Shown piece after piece: positions 1 to 8,961 of a DNA stretch of 64,000 nt (positions within the stretch are counted from its first letter, which is position 1; every line of letters begins with the position of its first letter). Source of the stretch: Myxococcota bacterium. GTDB taxonomy: Bacteria; Myxococcota_A; UBA796; UBA2385. The DNA lies in assembly GCA_044344255.1 (NCBI GenBank), contig JBIJDH010000014.1, positions 96,001 to 160,000 on the forward strand, written 5' to 3'. The notes below the pieces were generated by a model. It was given only the letters and a program-made list of their open reading frames with translations, was not told the DNA's origin and made no database searches. Position numbers and translations under genes: made by a program.

Positions 1-2524
1 CCTCTTCTTCAAAGAGCACGAAGCGGCGATGCATCGCTTGGCGCACGCCGGGCAGGAGTGTGGTGTAACATACATCGCGAATCAACACATGTTGGAAGGC
101 CGCGCACAGAGGCGCACGAGACTCGATCGACAACAGGGTCGCCACGTTCAGGCGCCGCAGTGCCTCGTCCACGACCTCCCCATCGAGCGACTCACTCCAG
201 ATCACCCGGACTGCGTCCAGGGCGAAGACCCGACCGATGACCGAACCACCTTTGAGCAGGGCGCGCTCCGCCTCTCCGAGCCGGTCAAGGCGGGTGAGCA
301 ACACCTCGTGTACGGAGTTGGGCAACGCGATGTCCTCCGCCCTCTCGGGCATTCCCTCCAAGGAGTCGCCGAGGGTCTCGCGCAGGCCCAGGACGATGGA
401 CTGTATGAAGAATGGGTTGCCCTGGGCGCGGCTGAGGATGCGGGTCTCGATCTCCAAGCGCGGCTCGGGCAGCGCGAGAAGCATCCGGGTCAGGGCCCGC
501 GCCTCGTCGTCGGCGAGCTGATTGAGCTCACAGCGCCGCACCCCGGAGGCCCCGGAGAGGCGCTCTTCGGCCTCGCTCGGGCGGGCGGTTATGAGCATCG
601 CCACAGGCAGGGCTTCGAGGCGCGCAGCGACGTGCTCGGCGAGCTCAACGGAGGCGCGATCGGCCAGATGGACGTCCTCCAGCCACAACATGAGCGGCCC
701 CCGGGCGGCGCGTCCGGCGATGAGCTGCATGACGAGGGCGCTGAGCCGCTGACGGCGCCCCCGTGCGTCCAGCGCGCGCCCACGAGGGGCCTCACTCTCC
801 CAGCCCATGAACTCGACGAGAAGCGAGACCGCGCCCGGGTCGTCTGGGGCCACCTGGCGAACCTCGACATCCAGACGCGCGATGCGCTCCTCCAAGGGCA
901 GGGTCGGCGGCAGGTCCAATAGGCGGAGCAACACCTCACGCCAGGGGTAGAACGGCGTGCGTTGCTCGTAGGTGTAGCAGGCGCCCTCAACGACGTGAAC
1001 GCCGCGCCCGCGGGCCTCTGCGGCCAGGGCCTCGGCGAGGCTGGACTTGCCCACGCCGGCCTCGCCGACGAGGAGCGTGGCCCCGCCGCCGCCCGTCAAG
1101 GCCGCGCCGAGCGACAGCCGGAGGAGACTTCGCGCCTCCTGTCGCCCCACGAGCTCGGGTACGGCCCGCGCCCGCTCGCCGCTGCGCGCCGAGAGCACGG
1201 GCAACGAGAACACGGGATGCTCGATGCCCTTGAGCGTGCGCGCCCTCGGCTCCCCCAGGGCAAAGTCTGTCGCGATCGCACGGGCCGTGGCGGCGTCGAC
1301 CAGCACGCCGCGCTCGCACATGGTCATCAGCCGGGCGGCGACGTGGGCCGCCTCGCCCAAGGTGGTGTATCCACGGCGCCCGCCGCCACCGATGATGCCG
1401 CAGTACGCCGGGCCCGAAGCGACGCCGACGCCAATCTCACGAACCCCAGCGAGGCTCTCCGCCCCCTTTGCGACGGCCCAAGCAAACCGGGTTGCCATGA
1501 GCTCCTGGTGCTCCACGGCACTTGGCGCTCCGAAGACCACGAAGATCACGTTGCCCTTGTCGGTGAAGTCGGTCTGGGCCAGGAAGCCGCCGAATCGGAG
1601 GCTCTCGCGCTGGGCGAGCTCGTAGAAGGCGCGCAGCTCGGGCAGCCGCTCAATCAGCGGGCCGGGGACGCCCTCCAGCTCAAACTTGAGGAAGACGCAG
1701 GTGACGCCACGAAGCTCGGCGATGAGTTCGTCCCGCTCATGGCTGAGGCGACGGGTGAGAAAGGGGTGCAGAAGACGGGGCGCGAGTTCGGCATGGGGTG
1801 GGTTCTCGCGTCGCTCGAAGGGCGCAGCGGCGGCGGGCATCGGGATGAGGAAGGCCACGTCGTCAAGTTGGCGCTGAATCCAGGCCGGAGGCAGGTGCCG
1901 GGCCACACCGAGGTCGACGACCACATCGCCACCCGATGCCCGCTTCTCGGCACGAACTGCCGCCGCCAGGGGCTCCCCGACCAACAAGGGGTGAAGCCAG
2001 AGGTCGGACACGCCCAGAATGAGCCGGTGGACCTCGCCCATCGACACGCCAAACTTGCAGCGTAGCTCCAGGGACTCGTCGGGCGTCTGCACGAGTCGGG
2101 CGGTCTCGGCGAAGGCGGCGAGGCGCCGGGCGGTATCGGCAACGCGCCGGGCCAATGCGTCGTCGGGTTCGTCGAGACCTTGGGGCAGGCAGGCCAGGAT
2201 CGCGTCCCCTGCGAACTGATAGACGACTCCGCCCGCCGCGTGGATGACCCGCACGCTGCCTTCCGACCAGACCCGCAGCGCCCTTTGAAGGATGTCGAGA
2301 CCGTGGGGGCCCCGGCGGGTGAGATCGGCGACGAGATGTGTGGAGTGCTGGAGGTCGGCGAGGATGAGCCCGGCGCGCATGGCCTGGCCCTCGCCCTCCC
2401 GCGCCAGGGCGAGGTCGGCCAGCGCGAGGCTCGGCACATAGGCTGAGAGCAAAACGACGCCGTCCCGGTCGTCCGAGGTCGAAGAGAGCAGGAGATCCGA
2501 GTCACCCAGGGGGGAAGTGGACAC
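1..2524 (-). CDS. Soluble adenylyl cyclase (ADCY10)-like protein: tandem class III cyclase domains + STAND/AAA ATPase; partial, runs off left edge
   Basis: Manual minus-strand translation gives LILADLQHST...YQFAGDAIL (cyclase C1), FTDKGNVIFVVFGAP and YTTLGEAAHVAARLM (C2), and Walker A LVGEAGVGKSS. It is absent from the ORF track, consistent with no stop before the edge. + strand ORFs 29-922, 962-2065 and 2180-2446 are in-register shadows. Start is GTG 2524 or in-frame ATG 2662. Confidence 0.85.
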   Translation of the reverse strand, partial: MSTSPLGDSDLLLSSTSDDRDGVVLLSAYVPSLALADLALAREGEGQAMRAGLILADLQHSTHLVADLTRRGPHGLDILQRALRVWSEGSVRVIHAAGGVVYQFAGDAILACLPQGLDEPDDALARRVADTARRLAAFAETARLVQTPDESLELRCKFGVSMGEVHRLILGVSDLWLHPLLVGEPLAAAVRAEKRASGGDVVVDLGVARHLPPAWIQRQLDDVAFLIPMPAAAAPFERRENPPHAELAPRLLHPFLTRRLSHERDELIAELRGVTCVFLKFELEGVPGPLIERLPELRAFYELAQRESLRFGGFLAQTDFTDKGNVIFVVFGAPSAVEHQELMATRFAWAVAKGAESLAGVREIGVGVASGPAYCGIIGGGGRRGYTTLGEAAHVAARLMTMCERGVLVDAATARAIATDFALGEPRARTLKGIEHPVFSLPVLSARSGERARAVPELVGRQEARSLLRLSLGAALTGGGGATLLVGEAGVGKSSLAEALAAEARGRGVHVVEGACYTYEQRTPFYPWREVLLRLLDLPPTLPLEERIARLDVEVRQVAPDDPGAVSLLVEFMGWESEAPRGRALDARGRRQRLSALVMQLIAGRAARGPLMLWLEDVHLADRASVELAEHVAARLEALPVAMLITARPSEAEERLSGASGVRRCELNQLADDEARALTRMLLALPEPRLEIETRILSRAQGNPFFIQSIVLGLRETLGDSLEGMPERAEDIALPNSVHEVLLTRLDRLGEAERALLKGGSVIGRVFALDAVRVIWSESLDGEVVDEALRRLNVATLLSIESRAPLCAAFQHVLIRDVCYTTLLPGVRQAMHRRFVLFEEE

Positions 2525-2721
2525 CAGAGGATCCGCGATGGGCTCGCCTGAAGCAGCACGCCGTCGGAACAGAATATCATAGACTGCGACTCGCTCCGAC
2601 AGGAAGTCCCGGTGGCCCGGCCAAGCGCCTCGTCGGCGCACGCGAAGAGGTCGAGCGTTCATCCGCGTTCATCGCAGGTGCCTCCCGGCGCATCTTCATC
2701 CAAGATCAAGGAAAGTCTCGG

Positions 2722-3669
2722 TCAGTTCGAGGAGGTGTCAGGATCGATCCCAGCGGCGAGCAGCACCTGCCGGAGCCGCTCCAGCTTCGCCTCGGCCTCG
2801 GCTCGGCCCGCTCGATGCCGTTCCTTCTCGACCCGCTCTTGCTCCTTCTCGGCCTGCACCTTCTCCTTCTCGGCCCGCTCTTGCTCCTTCTCGGCCTGGA
2901 CCTCCGCCAGGGCGGCCTCCAGCTCGGCGAGCCGCGCGGCGTCCTCTTCTCGCTCGACCTCCAGGGTGCGCTGGACGTGCAGGTAGTCGACCCGGGACTG
3001 GTAGAGGGCGAGGTCTCGCTGGGCGTCGCTGAAGCGCTCGAGGACAGACATGGCCTTTCGCATCTCCGGGCTCTGCAGGGCGGCGGGGAGGGTGGCCCAT
3101 CGCCCACCCTCCTTCAGAAAGTACAGCCAACGGGCCTCAGCGTCCAGCGGCCTACCTGGGTCGACCGTGCCGAGGGGCCCGAGCTTACGCAGCTCGAGGA
3201 CGTGGATGTCGAGCTGCGGCGACAGAACGAGCCGGCTGTGAGGGTCCATCACCGCGAAGCGATGGTGGAAGCCGAGCTCCTCCGGGAAGAGGGCGCCTTC
3301 GAGGATCCAGATCGAGCAGGCCGGCTTGAGCTTCGCATAGGCTTCGGCTTCGCCGATCTGGCCGTGGTACACGTGCGCCCAGGTGTAGAGGATGCGCTCG
3401 GGGAGGGTCTTGCCGACCCGCACCTGCAGCTCGATCTGGTAGACCACCCCCTCGCTGTCCGTGGCCTTCACGTCTACGATGGTCTCCTTGCCGCCGACGA
3501 ACTCCGCAGGGTTGTAGGGGTTCAGGATCGTGACGGCGGTGATGGCCGCTGTGGGCCGCAGCACCCCGTTCAGGAAGTCCAGGAGCAGGTCCTGGTTGGC
3601 GGGGTCTGCCAACAGGGCCTTGAAGACGCAGTCCACGAGGGGATCGACGAGGATGGGCGCGGGTCGCAT
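2722..3669 (-). CDS. Rpn family recombination-promoting nuclease / PD-(D/E)XK putative transposase with C-terminal coiled-coil repeats
   Basis: DPLVDCVFKALL, IVDVKATDSEGVVYQIELQV, RILYTWA, IHVLELRK motifs; heptad repeats VQAEKEQ/ERAEKEK near the C-terminus. Confidence 0.9.
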   Translation of the reverse strand: MRPAPILVDPLVDCVFKALLADPANQDLLLDFLNGVLRPTAAITAVTILNPYNPAEFVGGKETIVDVKATDSEGVVYQIELQVRVGKTLPERILYTWAHVYHGQIGEAEAYAKLKPACSIWILEGALFPEELGFHHRFAVMDPHSRLVLSPQLDIHVLELRKLGPLGTVDPGRPLDAEARWLYFLKEGGRWATLPAALQSPEMRKAMSVLERFSDAQRDLALYQSRVDYLHVQRTLEVEREEDAARLAELEAALAEVQAEKEQERAEKEKVQAEKEQERVEKERHRAGRAEAEAKLERLRQVLLAAGIDPDTSSN

Positions 3670-3738
3670 CCTCCCCAAGTCGGCCTGGGAAGAGGGAAGA
3701 CCCGGGAAGAAGGAAGAGGGAGCATCCAGACTCGACGC

Positions 3739-3818
3739 CGAACGGAGAGAACCCCCTCAAACCGAAGTCTGAACGGTCCCTGTGTCGAATCCGAAAGTTA
3801 TGGTCGGGGTCACAGAAT
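3739..3818 (-). repeat. Degenerate direct copy of the tRNA-Pro 3' end plus its terminator (att-like scar)
   Basis: cgaacggaga..accc.ctcaaaccgaagtctga.cgg...atggtcgggg..acag.at matches 6047-6124. Confidence 0.8.
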
Positions 3819-4087
3819 GCTTATCGAGCTTTCTGACTCGACCCGCGCGGGTGGTGTAGCGAACGGATGCTCTCATTTGAGGCGGCGATCCGCCTGGATG
3901 TGGGTGCCCGACGGTGACGAGCGGGATGGCGCGGGGGCGAGGGAAGGTCGAGCGCCCCGTGGCCGAGAGCGAGCGTCACCGGTGGCAGTCCCCCACGACC
4001 CAGGGCCACCGCTTCCGGGCCGCGGGCCCGACCTCGATTTACGGTCCCAGTCCCGCCGTCCCCCGCCGTCGGGTCCCGAAAAGACAA

Positions 4088-4288
4088 TCATCCGAGCCTG
4101 GCACCGGTTCTCCGGTTCTCGGGTTTAGCGGGTAACTTCTCGCCGATGTTGGAGATGGCACCCCCACCCTTGGGGATGCTCACCGCGGGGGCTGCGACGC
4201 GGAAGTCGCTCCCGAGGGTACCGTCCGGGCCGCGCGCTGGCGCCGGGATGCGCCCCACCGTCCCCGGCCGGTTGGTCGGGGAGGCCAT
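4088..4288 (-). pseudogene. Truncated N-terminus of an SpvB/TcaC (Tc toxin B component / Rhs-associated) protein
   Basis: APAVSIPKGGGAISNIGEK matches the SpvB/TcaC N-terminal signature (LPKGGGAIxGIGEKF); similarity ends at the repeat at ~4125 and a stop follows. Confidence 0.7.
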
Positions 4289-4418
4289 CGCGCTGGGAGG
4301 TGGGGTGGGCGGGGCAGGGGGCATGAGCCTTTGTTCTACGGCGGCGGCGGTGACGACAGCAGAATTGATCAAAGATCAACAGGCGGAACCGCATTCACCC
4401 TTCCGATTTCGTGGGGTT

Positions 4419-4805
4419 TCATCGGAGGAGATCTTCGTTGCAAACATCTTCTCGCTCTTCCTTTGACAGCCTGCCGAAAACTATGCTCGCACATGTTGAA
4501 TTGTAATATCTCAGCATTGACGATATACTGTATATTATTGCGATTAGCGATAGAACCACTACCCGCAGCGGGATCCGCATGTGATGGCGTTCGCATAGAA
4601 TAAGGAATGTGGACGCCATTGTCGCCGCGGCCCAGCCACTACTGAATTCTATGATTAAAGCGGCTTCTGCATCTACCGGCATCCAGTAGTCGTCGGAGAA
4701 GCCCATACGTACGCTTCCGTTAAGGAGCACGGTTGGGGAGATTGCGAGGACGGCTCCAGCAGCCCCAATGAGCGTCGATGTCAAAGATTTGGACAAGCTT
4801 GGCAA
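4419..4805 (-). CDS. Small low-GC membrane protein, possible immunity protein
   Basis: 128-aa ORF with about three hydrophobic segments and AT-rich codon usage; starts 2 nt after the stop of the upstream ORF. Confidence 0.45.
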   Translation of the reverse strand: MPSLSKSLTSTLIGAAGAVLAISPTVLLNGSVRMGFSDDYWMPVDAEAALIIEFSSGWAAATMASTFLILCERHHMRIPLRVVVLSLIAIIYSISSMLRYYNSTCASIVFGRLSKEEREDVCNEDLLR

Positions 4806-4807
4806 GT

Positions 4808-5040
4808 TCAGCTCCCCAAGGACCAGAGCAGTCGATAGAGTTCGTCGATCGACGATATTTGGCCAGTGGAAATCCCCTGACCGATGGATTGCGCTTCTCG
4901 GAATAGAGCGAAATCTTCCCGACTCGCCCCCTGGCGATCCAACGGCGTCATCAGATCCACCCGCCCACTTTCATAGAGCGTGTTTTGCGTGAGAACTTCA
5001 AGGCCCCCTTCGTGGGACAATAAACATAGTTCTCGGGTTC
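4808..5040 (-). pseudogene. Possible orphan C-terminal toxin fragment
   Basis: Low-GC open frame entering through the right-hand repeat with no convincing start; its stop abuts the membrane-protein gene; no recognisable motif. Confidence 0.3.
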
Positions 5041-5291
5041 TCGGTGCCAGGCTCTGACTGTTGCGCATTCAGCGCCGCTGGCGCCGGACCCATCGGATCG
5101 ACGAGCCGGTCCCTCCCTCTGCCGCCTCGGTCGAGGCGTCCCCGAGCTTACGCCGGCGACCGGCTGGGTCTCAAGGTGTCCACACCAAGTCGGCGTCTGG
5201 CGGGGTGGGATGAAGGACTGCATTCCTCGATCCTACCCGAGCGCCGGCGTATCGGGGCCTCATCCCGCAGGCCCGCTCAGGGTAGGGCCGC

Positions 5292-6020
5292 ATGCGCCCG
5301 CCCTGCGCCGTCCCAAGACCGACTTCGTCTTCAAGCGCATTCGTCGGCACCGAGGAGCACAAGGACCTCCTGGGTGCCCTGCTGGAGGTCCTCCTCCACC
5401 TCGACGAGGCCCACAGCATCGAGGGGCTCTCCTTCCTCCCGCCGGAGCAGGTCCCGGTGGCGGAGGGGCAGAAATCTCCGTCGTCGACGTGAAGGTCCGC
5501 GACCGGCGCAGGGTCACCTACGTCCAGTACGCCTTCATGGAGCTGCCCCGAACCGGGCAGGAGCACGCGCCCCAGGGCATCGTCGAGCCGTGGGCCGGGT
5601 TTTTCGGGGAGACCCGCTCCCTCTCCGCCGTCCCCCCAGCCGCCCCGACCCCGGCCGACGCACCCTCGACGCCGCCCGCACTGGCGGCTTCATGGAGGCC
5701 GAATGGGAGGCCTACGAGCGCTCCTGCATGGCCGAGCAGGACGCCCGAGGCGCCATCACCTTCGCCCAGCGGTAGGCTCGGGAGGAGGGCAGAGCAGCAG
5801 GACGTGAGGCGGGGCGAGAGGAGGGCAACGGAATCGCTCGTGCGGCGACAGCCGCCGAGAACAGGGAGGCGCTGCTCGAGCTCCTGGCCGACCGCGGGTG
5901 GACGCCGAGCGCGGTCGAGCGCGCGAGGATCGAAGCGGAGGCCAAACCCTCCCGGCTCTCCCGGTGGGTCCGCCGCGCCCTGCGTGCGCCCTCCCTCGCC
6001 GAGCTCCTCTCCGGCGGACC
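5292..6020 (+). pseudogene. Decayed Rpn family nuclease/transposase gene
   Basis: Pieces in different frames: PKTDFVFKRI / GTEEHKDLLGALLE...LPPEQVP / SVVDVKVRD..TYV (central deletion) QYAFMELP / EWEAYER..AEQDARGA, stop at 5773, then REEGRAAGREAGREEG and REALLELLADRG...RWVRRALRAPSLAELL. Confidence 0.85.
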
Positions 6021-6055
6021 ACAGCACCGCCCAGGCCTCGGCAGATCGAACGGAG

Positions 6056-6085
6056 AAAACCCGCTCAAACCGAAGTCTGAGCGGG
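6056..6085 (-). terminator. Intrinsic terminator of tRNA-Pro
   Basis: Minus strand cccgctcagac-TTCG-gtttgagcggg followed by TTTT. Confidence 0.8.
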
Positions 6086-6105
6086 CTCTGGGGTTTTGCG
6101 GGTAT

Positions 6106-6183
<78 letters not shown>

Positions 6184-6195
6184 AACGAGTTGGCT

Positions 6196-6222
6196 ATTAT
6201 AGGGTCACCCTCACCTCGGCAA
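6196..6222 (-). promoter_or_regulatory. sigma70-type promoter of tRNA-Pro
   Basis: Perfect TATAAT 12 nt upstream of the tRNA; TTGCCG 15 nt further upstream (short spacer). Confidence 0.55.
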
Positions 6223-6239
6223 GGGCGACCGGGGGCAGA

Positions 6240-6806
6240 TCAGGGCTCCACTGTGTCCCGAATCGCCCGAATCCTTCGGCGAAGGGCGGAGATTCGACCG
6301 AGCGCGTCTTTTACGCGGGCGACATCCACCCCGGCCGCTGCGGGCGTCGGGCCGCCCGCGAGCACCTTACGCGCGCCGGCGATCGTGTACCCCTCGTCGT
6401 GGAGCAGGCTCTTGATCCGGAGGAACCTCGACAGGTCCTGCTTGCGGTACAGCCGCTGGCCCGAGGAGGAGCGGTTCGGCTTCATCCGGAACTCGCTCTC
6501 CCAGTAGCGGAGGACGTGGGCGTCTACGCCGACGAGCTGCGCGACCTCACCGATGCGGAAGTAGAGGCGATCGGGGCCGCCGGCGTCGATGTCGGCGTCG
6601 TCGATGATCTCCTCGCCCTCGCCGGGGGGATCATCGGCGAGATCATCCTCGCCCGCGGCCTTGGCGGCCGCCGCGGCGAGGGACATACGCGTCGCGGTGT
6701 CGCCGCTCCGACGCGGCCCGGGGCCGGGGCGCGGGGTCCGCAGGCCGGGAGGCTCCGTCTTGTCTGCCACGCCCTGGGCTGGCTTCTGGCTGCGATCGTC
6801 GGCCAC
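6240..6806 (-). CDS. MerR family transcriptional regulator (ihfA-linked type)
   Basis: [50 protein letters not shown]; classic position between ihfA and tRNA-Pro. Confidence 0.92.
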   Translation of the reverse strand: MADDRSQKPAQGVADKTEPPGLRTPRPGPGPRRSGDTATRMSLAAAAAKAAGEDDLADDPPGEGEEIIDDADIDAGGPDRLYFRIGEVAQLVGVDAHVLRYWESEFRMKPNRSSSGQRLYRKQDLSRFLRIKSLLHDEGYTIAGARKVLAGGPTPAAAGVDVARVKDALGRISALRRRIRAIRDTVEP

Positions 6807-6854
6807 GTCGTCCTCCGGCGGTTGGCGCTGCTGCAGCGCTCAGTCTACGCGCGT

Positions 6855-7148
6855 TCAGCGCGGATTCAGGGCGGCTCGGAGCTGTGTGGAGGGCTTGAAG
6901 GTCGCCACGCGGCGCGCGGGCAACATCATCGCCTCGCCCGTGTTCGGGTTCCGACCGAGGCGGGCGGCCTTCGGTCTGGCCGAGAAGACCCCGAAGCCCG
7001 GGATCCTCACCTTGTCACCGTCCAAGAGGGCGACGCGGATCGTCTCGAAGAGCGCGTCCACGAGCTCAACGGCGTGCTTGCGGCTCAGCCCCACATGATC
7101 CACCGCGGCCTCCACGAGGGAGGCCTTCGTCACGGTGGGCGGGGCCAC
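6855..7148 (-). CDS. ihfA: Integration host factor alpha / HU family DNA-binding protein
   Basis: TKASLVE..VRIPGFGVF..KAARLGRNPNTGE...RRVATFKPS; synteny with merR-tRNA-Pro. Confidence 0.85.
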   Translation of the reverse strand: MAPPTVTKASLVEAAVDHVGLSRKHAVELVDALFETIRVALLDGDKVRIPGFGVFSARPKAARLGRNPNTGEAMMLPARRVATFKPSTQLRAALNPR

Positions 7149-7150
7149 GC

Positions 7151-7603
7151 TCAGTCTCCCGCGGTGTCGACCAGCTTCGCCTGCCAGAGCCGGATGGTGA
7201 GCACGTCATCCCGTTGCTCACCCTCCGCGCCGACGGAGACCAGCTGCATCTTGTAGTACCCCTCGTCCGCGCTGTCCTGGGTGAGCTTGTACTCATCCTC
7301 GCCGCGGCCCGGAGAGTCGGTGCGCACGGTCACGCGATCGACCTGGTCTTCATTCTCATTGTCCACGATCACCACGATGTCGTGGGTCGTGCCGATCGGA
7401 CCACCGCCGGGAGAGATCTCGACGGTGCCCACGACCACTTCGCCCGTGCTGCTGTGCAGCTCGGACGAGACCGCGGGGAGCTCCTCGGGAGCCCCGACCG
7501 CGATCGTCAGGCTGTCATCTTTGGCGTTGAACTGCACATACTCGAACTCCCCGTCCTTGTTGCAGGCGAGGAGGAGGAGCAGCGGCAGCCCAGCGCGGAT
7601 CAC
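7151..7603 (-). CDS. Hypothetical lipoprotein (acidic, Ig-like beta-rich)
   Basis: GTG overlaps the rplT stop (GTGA); lipobox LLLLLAC followed by NKDGEFEYVQF... Confidence 0.75.
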   Translation of the reverse strand: MIRAGLPLLLLLACNKDGEFEYVQFNAKDDSLTIAVGAPEELPAVSSELHSSTGEVVVGTVEISPGGGPIGTTHDIVVIVDNENEDQVDRVTVRTDSPGRGEDEYKLTQDSADEGYYKMQLVSVGAEGEQRDDVLTIRLWQAKLVDTAGD

Positions 7604-7959
7604 AGCCCCAGCGCCTGCCGGGCCTGCCCGACCACCGTGGCGAAGGCCTCGGCGTCGTGGATGGCCAGCTCGGAGAGCTGCTTGCGGTTCAGCTGGATGT
7701 TCGCCACGGCGAGGCCATGAATGAACTGGCTGTAGGACATGCCGTGGGGGCCGAGGGCGGCGCCGATGCGCACGATCCACATCGCGCGGAACTGGCGCTT
7801 CTTCTCCTTGCGGCCGCGGTAGGCGTCGGCCCGGGCGTGCATCACCGCTTCTTCGGCCTGCCGGCGGAGCTTGCCGCGGGACAGGAAGAAGCCGCTGGCG
7901 CGGGCGAAGAGCTTCTTGGTACGGGTCTTCTTGATCTGAGCTCGCTTTACGCGTGCCAT
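7600..7959 (-). CDS. rplT: 50S ribosomal protein L20
   Basis: MARVKR...YRGRKEKKRQFRAMWIVRI..SYSQFIHGL..LNRKQLSELAI. Confidence 0.98.
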   Translation of the reverse strand: MARVKRAQIKKTRTKKLFARASGFFLSRGKLRRQAEEAVMHARADAYRGRKEKKRQFRAMWIVRIGAALGPHGMSYSQFIHGLAVANIQLNRKQLSELAIHDAEAFATVVGQARQALGL

Positions 7960-8034
7960 CTTCGACTCCTGCTTGTTCGACCGTGTCCCAGCCCCGAGGG
8001 GCGGTGACGGCGAGCAGTCGGTGGGGGGTGTGGT

Positions 8035-8235
8035 TTAGCCGCCGTAGGGGAGGAGCGTGCGGATCTTCTCCGCATCCATCTCCTTCATGATCCCGCCCTG
8101 ACGCGCCTTCCGCTTGAAACCCTTGGAGCGGTGCTCCAGGATGTGCCGCATCTTGGCGTGCTTGAACTTCACCTTGCCAGTGGCGGTGAAGCTGAACCGC
8201 TTCTTGGCGGCGCTGTGGCTCTTCATCTTCGGCAT
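8035..8235 (-). CDS. rpmI: 50S ribosomal protein L35
   Basis: MPKMKSHSAAKKRFSFTATGK...LLPY; GGAG SD upstream of ATG 8235. Confidence 0.97.
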   Translation of the reverse strand: MPKMKSHSAAKKRFSFTATGKVKFKHAKMRHILEHRSKGFKRKARQGGIMKEMDAEKIRTLLPYGG

Positions 8236-8277
8236 CGGGGTCTCCAATGGGGGGCAGGGGCGATGGCCGCCTCGGCC

Positions 8278-8847
8278 CTACTTGATGGCCTTCTTGGGGG
8301 CCATGATCATGAACATCTGCTTGCCTTCCATGCTCGGCCGCTGCTCGATGAGCGCGATATCCTGGAGCATCTCGGCCACTTCTTGGCAACGCTCTTCACC
8401 GATCTCTCGGTGAGCGATCTCGCGACCACGGAAGCGCACCGTAAACTTCACCTTGTCGCCCTCTTCGAGGAAGCGCCGCGCGTGCTTGAGCTTCACGTCG
8501 AAGTCATGGTCGTCGGTCTTCGGGCGGAGCTTGAGCTCCTTGACGAGCACGACAGCCTGATTCTTGCGGGCGACCGCCTCTTTCTTCTGCTTCTCGTACT
8601 TGAGCTTGCCAAAGTCACCGATCTTGCAGACCGGAGGACGCGCCGTCGGGGCGACTTCGATGAGGTCCATGCCCCGATCTTCAGCCATCGCGATCGCGTC
8701 TTCGGTGAGGAACTCGCCCAGCTTGTTCCCCTCCTCATCGATGACCAACACCCGCGGCGTGCGGATGCGATCGTTGATGCGGATGGAACCTTCCCGTTCG
8801 GGTTCGACGGGCCGTCGCCGGGGGGGCCTGCTGGGGGGTCGCCGCAA
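8278..8847 (-). CDS. infC: Translation initiation factor IF-3
   Basis: RINDRI..VLVIDEEG..MDLIEVAPTARPPVCKI...KELKLRPKTDDHD..GDKVKFTVRFRGRE; non-ATG (TTG) start with GGAG SD. Confidence 0.97.
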   Translation of the reverse strand: MRRPPSRPPRRRPVEPEREGSIRINDRIRTPRVLVIDEEGNKLGEFLTEDAIAMAEDRGMDLIEVAPTARPPVCKIGDFGKLKYEKQKKEAVARKNQAVVLVKELKLRPKTDDHDFDVKLKHARRFLEEGDKVKFTVRFRGREIAHREIGEERCQEVAEMLQDIALIEQRPSMEGKQMFMIMAPKKAIK

Positions 8848-8961
8848 GGAGACTCCAAATGAAGGAGGATGGACACTTTTTGACGATCGGGGCCAAGGAA
8901 GACCCGGTCGTGTGAGAACGACGGCGGGTAACGCAGGCTAACCGCGTCGTCAACAAAGCAG

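Larger units (their letters stand above)
4094..5054. mobile_element. Non-autonomous cassette bounded by 13-bp inverted repeats and 11-bp direct repeats
   Basis: gagcctggcaccg (4094-4106) is the exact reverse complement of cggtgccaggctc (5042-5054); gttctcgggtt occurs at both 4115-4125 and 5029-5039; the interior 4360-5030 is visibly AT-richer than the window. Confidence 0.65.

Noticed and set aside
29..2580. Track ORFs 29-922, 962-2065 and 1654-2580
   Set aside because: Shadows or off-frame readings of the unlisted minus-strand cyclase-STAND gene.
3820..6046. Intact prophage or ICE at tRNA-Pro
   Set aside because: No integrase, phage or conjugation genes are visible; only remnants remain.
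7151..8389. 412-aa ORF spanning rpmI/rplT
   Set aside because: Only 7151-7603 (the lipoprotein) is credible; the upstream part overlaps ribosomal protein genes in another frame. Similar over-extensions were trimmed for 9768-11798, 25629-28175, 27293-28978, 47396-49507, 52065-54056, 60505-62025 and 61272-62843.
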